Positions 60,589-64,000 of a stretch of 64,000 nucleotides of DNA are shown here, one piece after another. The stretch is taken from NCBI GenBank assembly GCA_025786725.1, contig JAHLTZ010000028.1, positions 248,001 through 312,000 on the forward strand, in the 5' to 3' direction. The notes below the pieces were generated by a model. It worked only from the letters and a program-made list of their open reading frames with translations, had not been told where the DNA came from and did no database searches. This DNA is from Syncephalis fuscata S228 (lineage: Eukaryota > Fungi > Zoopagomycota). The stretch's first letter is position 1; every line of letters starts with the position of its first letter. Position numbers and translations under genes: made by a program.

Positions 60589-62059
60589 TCAATTATTACC
60601 AGCAATTTCCATGGCTATTTTAAAATGGCCTAGCATTGACGTCAATTGAATGGATTCGTTGGCGCCACTAGCCAAGCGATGTTCCACTTTGGCCAAATGA
60701 TCCAAGAGATAAATGCGCGTCTTTAGAGGTAACTCTATTGTCCCCAAGTATTCATGGATTTCTGTAATAATATCGGCCAGTGCCAATCCTTTATCTACTC
60801 GCATTTGGTTGATTTCTATCACAAAGAATAAGTTAGATGTTTTATACTGCTTTCGGGCACTTACTGGAATGAGCCATTGAAAATTCGTCATTAAATAATG
60901 AATGAATAATATATTCTACGTCGGCAGGAAGTGGCTGTCCCGTAGATTGATAAATAACGACTTCATCAATACTGTCGAATCCAGCATAGCATCCCTATAA
61001 GCATTTATGAATAAACTTTGAATAATATGTATGTCAAATTATACCTGGAGAATATTTAATACACGACGCATATCGCCACGCGATACACGCAGTAGCGCTT
61101 TCTTTCCTGAATCTGTCAAATTCATACTGTTGGCAATTAGCTGCTTATTTGATTGTGATTATTAGCATTAATTACCTTCCTGGTTGGCAATCATATCCAA
61201 GCGAGCCTCTATTTGATCCGCCTGAAGTGGAGCAAATCGAAACCGTGTACACCGAGACTGTAGCGCAGGAATGATTTTGCTAACATAATTACAAATAATA
61301 CAGAATCGGACATTGTTGGTATATTTTTCAATCACTGTAATAAATTCGATAGCTTAATTGTTAATGCAGTCTAATTGCATCAGCAAACCAACCGCGTCTT
61401 AATGCCGATTGTGCTGCTTGTGTCATAGCATCTGCCTCGTCTAGTACAATTAATTTGAACCCAATACTGTTGATTTGTTCAAATGTTAGCATTGGTTATT
61501 TATTAAATAAACAAACTTACGCTGAAGCACGACGTGTACTGGCAAATCCAATAATTTGATTTCGGACAACATCAATACCACGCTCGTCGGATGCATTCAA
61601 CTGTTCATTCCGTGTTAGTGCCGTATCAATTGAAACACCAACAGGCAATAGACTACCTCCAATACCATCGAAGGAAACTCGCTACCGTATAATTGACGTG
61701 AGCATGCAATAATTGTTGACGTTTTCCCTGTGCCTGGTGGACCGTAGAACAACAAGTGCGGCAAGCGACCTTGCTTCATAAAGTTCTGTACTGTTGCCTA
61801 TTTGATTAGTATTTGGATTCACCAAGTGCGTCTACATACGCGTTGAAACAATTTCTTGCTGCGACACTAGATCGTCCAGTGTTGTTGGACGGTACTTCTC
61901 CACCCTAAATCACGCGTAAATATATTAAAGATCAAAGTGTAGCTACTACATTGCAGCTTACCAAGGTAGATGTTGCTTGCTATTCTCTGCAGCCATATCC
62001 ATGTCTAAATCTTTATCTTTACCCACCTGACTGGGCAGATCCACGTCCATAGTTGTCAT
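60589..62059 (-). CDS. RFC3: Replication factor C small subunit (yeast Rfc3 / human RFC5), multi-exon
   Basis: LPWVEKYRP, LPHLLFYGPPGTGKT, ELNASDERGIDVVR, LDEADAMT, ALQSRCTRFRF, KGLALADII. Confidence 0.95.
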
Positions 62060-62359
62060 TATGAATAAAGCGAATTCAGCGTAGTAAAATGAGCTGTGTT
62101 GACTGTGAAATCATACACCACAATAAAGCAAAAGAAAAAATTGAACTATTAATAAATGGCTAAGTTGTACTTTGACTCCCCAAAGCAGTAAATCTTTTTA
62201 CGCAATTATTATAATGATTTAAATAGCTGACGAGTTGATTAGATTACTTTGTGTTCAAATCATTATTCATAATAAACATTAATAGATGTAACATTATCAT
62301 TTCCATGAAATAGAATTGAATGTAATAGAACATTGTATCAGTAATAATATTAAACGTTT

Positions 62360-62800
62360 AAATAAACAATGTAACATACTATTTGATTTCTTTGGAACAT
62401 TTATGCCGATTATTATTGTTGTTGGCCATGTGTAGGAAGATTGATCGAATATTAATAGAAGCCATATGATCGCGATCCCATGTCATTTCGCAGTTGTTAT
62501 TGTTGTTACTACGTACAGTGTGGTTTTTTGCGTCTAAATGGGCTCTTCTATTTTTTAATTTTCTACTGTTGCATTTTGGGCATATTTGCGCTGTAAGATA
62601 CTTGTCTATGGTGACAAGAAGATAGAACGACTAGCGTTTTTAATGTTCGCTATTCTCTTGAGCATTCTTGATATCAACTTGGTAGGCGCAGTTTATTTGC
62701 CGACTATTGATAAAACAAATGGCCTTCATATGCAATAATGATAGTTTGAGTGTCTTCACCAGGAAGATCTTGTGGCGACAGTTGTAACCAGAATATACGG
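62360..62800 (-). pseudogene. Decayed Fanzor (eukaryotic TnpB) C-terminal remnant B
   Basis: Broken frames TIIIAYEG and TAPTKLISRML, then an open stretch LVTIDKYLTAQICPKCNSRKL...HTVRSNNNNNCEMTWDRDHMASINIRSIFLHMANNNNNR. Confidence 0.8.
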
Positions 62801-64000
62801 CATGCCGTTGATATTACTTGAACAGGTGTTGATGTAAATAAGAAAAGTAAAAACTAGTGATTGAATAATGTTATTTATTGATGTTTAAATACACATGTCA
62901 TTTATATCGTTATATTCGGCATTATTGTATAATATATTACTGAATAGAACAATAAGATACTAATAAGAAAAAGTAAGTGAAATGAGTAAATAAAAATGTG
63001 AAGTTAAAGTACAGTAGCTCCTTATAAATAATAATATCTGCTGTGTGTTTACATATATTTCAAAAGCTTAAAATTGCTCCTAATAAGCAGACAATAATAA
63101 TGTTGCTTATTGTAAGACTGAAAAGTGTATTTTATAGTTCATCATTGTTTTGGTATAATTCACAACAAAGTATATTTAATAAATGGTAAATATCTCAATT
63201 GACTGATGATTCAATTCTTGTTAATATCGCTATTTACCATTAAACTTATATAGATTTTAAGGCTCGATTAAACATCGGCATTGTTGGCGTGGCTTAATAG
63301 ACAAGCCAGCGTAATGAGCTATTTTCGCGCAATTAGCGACACATCTAATTTCGAGCAAAATTGATAGATTGATTGGTTTCAGATACCGTCTGTAGTCTAT
63401 AGAATTACATTGGTCAGCATTTCCTATGCATCAACTACGATGGATAGGTCAGCTCTTGAGTGTGTCATCACTAACCAAACCAAACTGGCGTTGAACTCGT
63501 CGCCTGTTGTTGCCTATTTAAGACACCAACAATCTACGTTTCAACCTTCCAATTTTAGATGGCCATATTAGTATAGACATTGGCTGTTTGCTGGTTCTCA
63601 GCGTAGTTTCAATATAGCAAAATGACTAAAAAATGGTAATAAGCAAAAACTCGTTATTGAATTGTCGCAACCATGATAGCAGCAATGGTCTCAGCTATAA
63701 ATACGGCTGCGCCATATTATATTATAATTAAAGGCTGGGAGCTACTGTACTGTGACTCTTACATTTTTATTTATCCATTTCACCCCTCAACACTTTTAAA
63801 TACAATTAAACATTCGCTCATTACTATAACATGTATAATATTACATTCAATATTAATTGTTCAAATGTCATTTATTTAGTCAGATTGGCTATAGGGAAGT
63901 GGCTGTTTAATAAACGACATTTATACTAATTATATTGATTTTGATATTACATCACAAATATGTCCAAAATGCAATAATAGAAGATTAGAAAATAGAATAG

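Overview
This is a gene-dense, AT-rich eukaryotic (fungal) window with short GT-AG introns of about 50-90 nt and CTAAC-type branch points. The gene content suggests an early-diverging fungus, probably a Zoopagomycota mycoparasite such as Syncephalis; this is inferred from signal-peptide kinases and an F-box-like family and is not proven. Conserved genes are a PKA catalytic subunit, ADE8, an MRL1/M6PR-like receptor, H2A.Z, HPRT, OPA3, a cytochrome P450, a ThrE/PRM10 transporter, an RSC1/2-like bromo-ANK-AT-hook-bromo-BAH protein, RRP42, an HSDL2-like SDR, calcipressin, LIN1/CD2BP2, GPN3, an RTA1-like protein and RFC3. Highlights: (1) a complete 5S rRNA gene lies 7 nt upstream of tRNA-Glu(CTC) with a single Pol III terminator, a probable dicistronic 5S-tRNA unit. 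(2) Three decayed Fanzor (eukaryotic TnpB) C-terminal remnants are present, two of them flanking RFC3 and one next to a fold-back repeat. (3) A TATA-associated, highly base-paired ~0.9 kb region has no ORF and is an orphan ncRNA candidate. (4) A secreted, dibasic-site-punctuated N/V-rich repeat protein resembles repellents or functional amyloids. (5) Two tandem signal-peptide protein kinases carry DFD instead of DFG. (6) An in-frame TAA splits the PKA reading frame. Single-base frameshifts in short homopolymer runs in GPN3 and the M6PR-like gene suggest assembly errors, so single-base claims need read-level checks.
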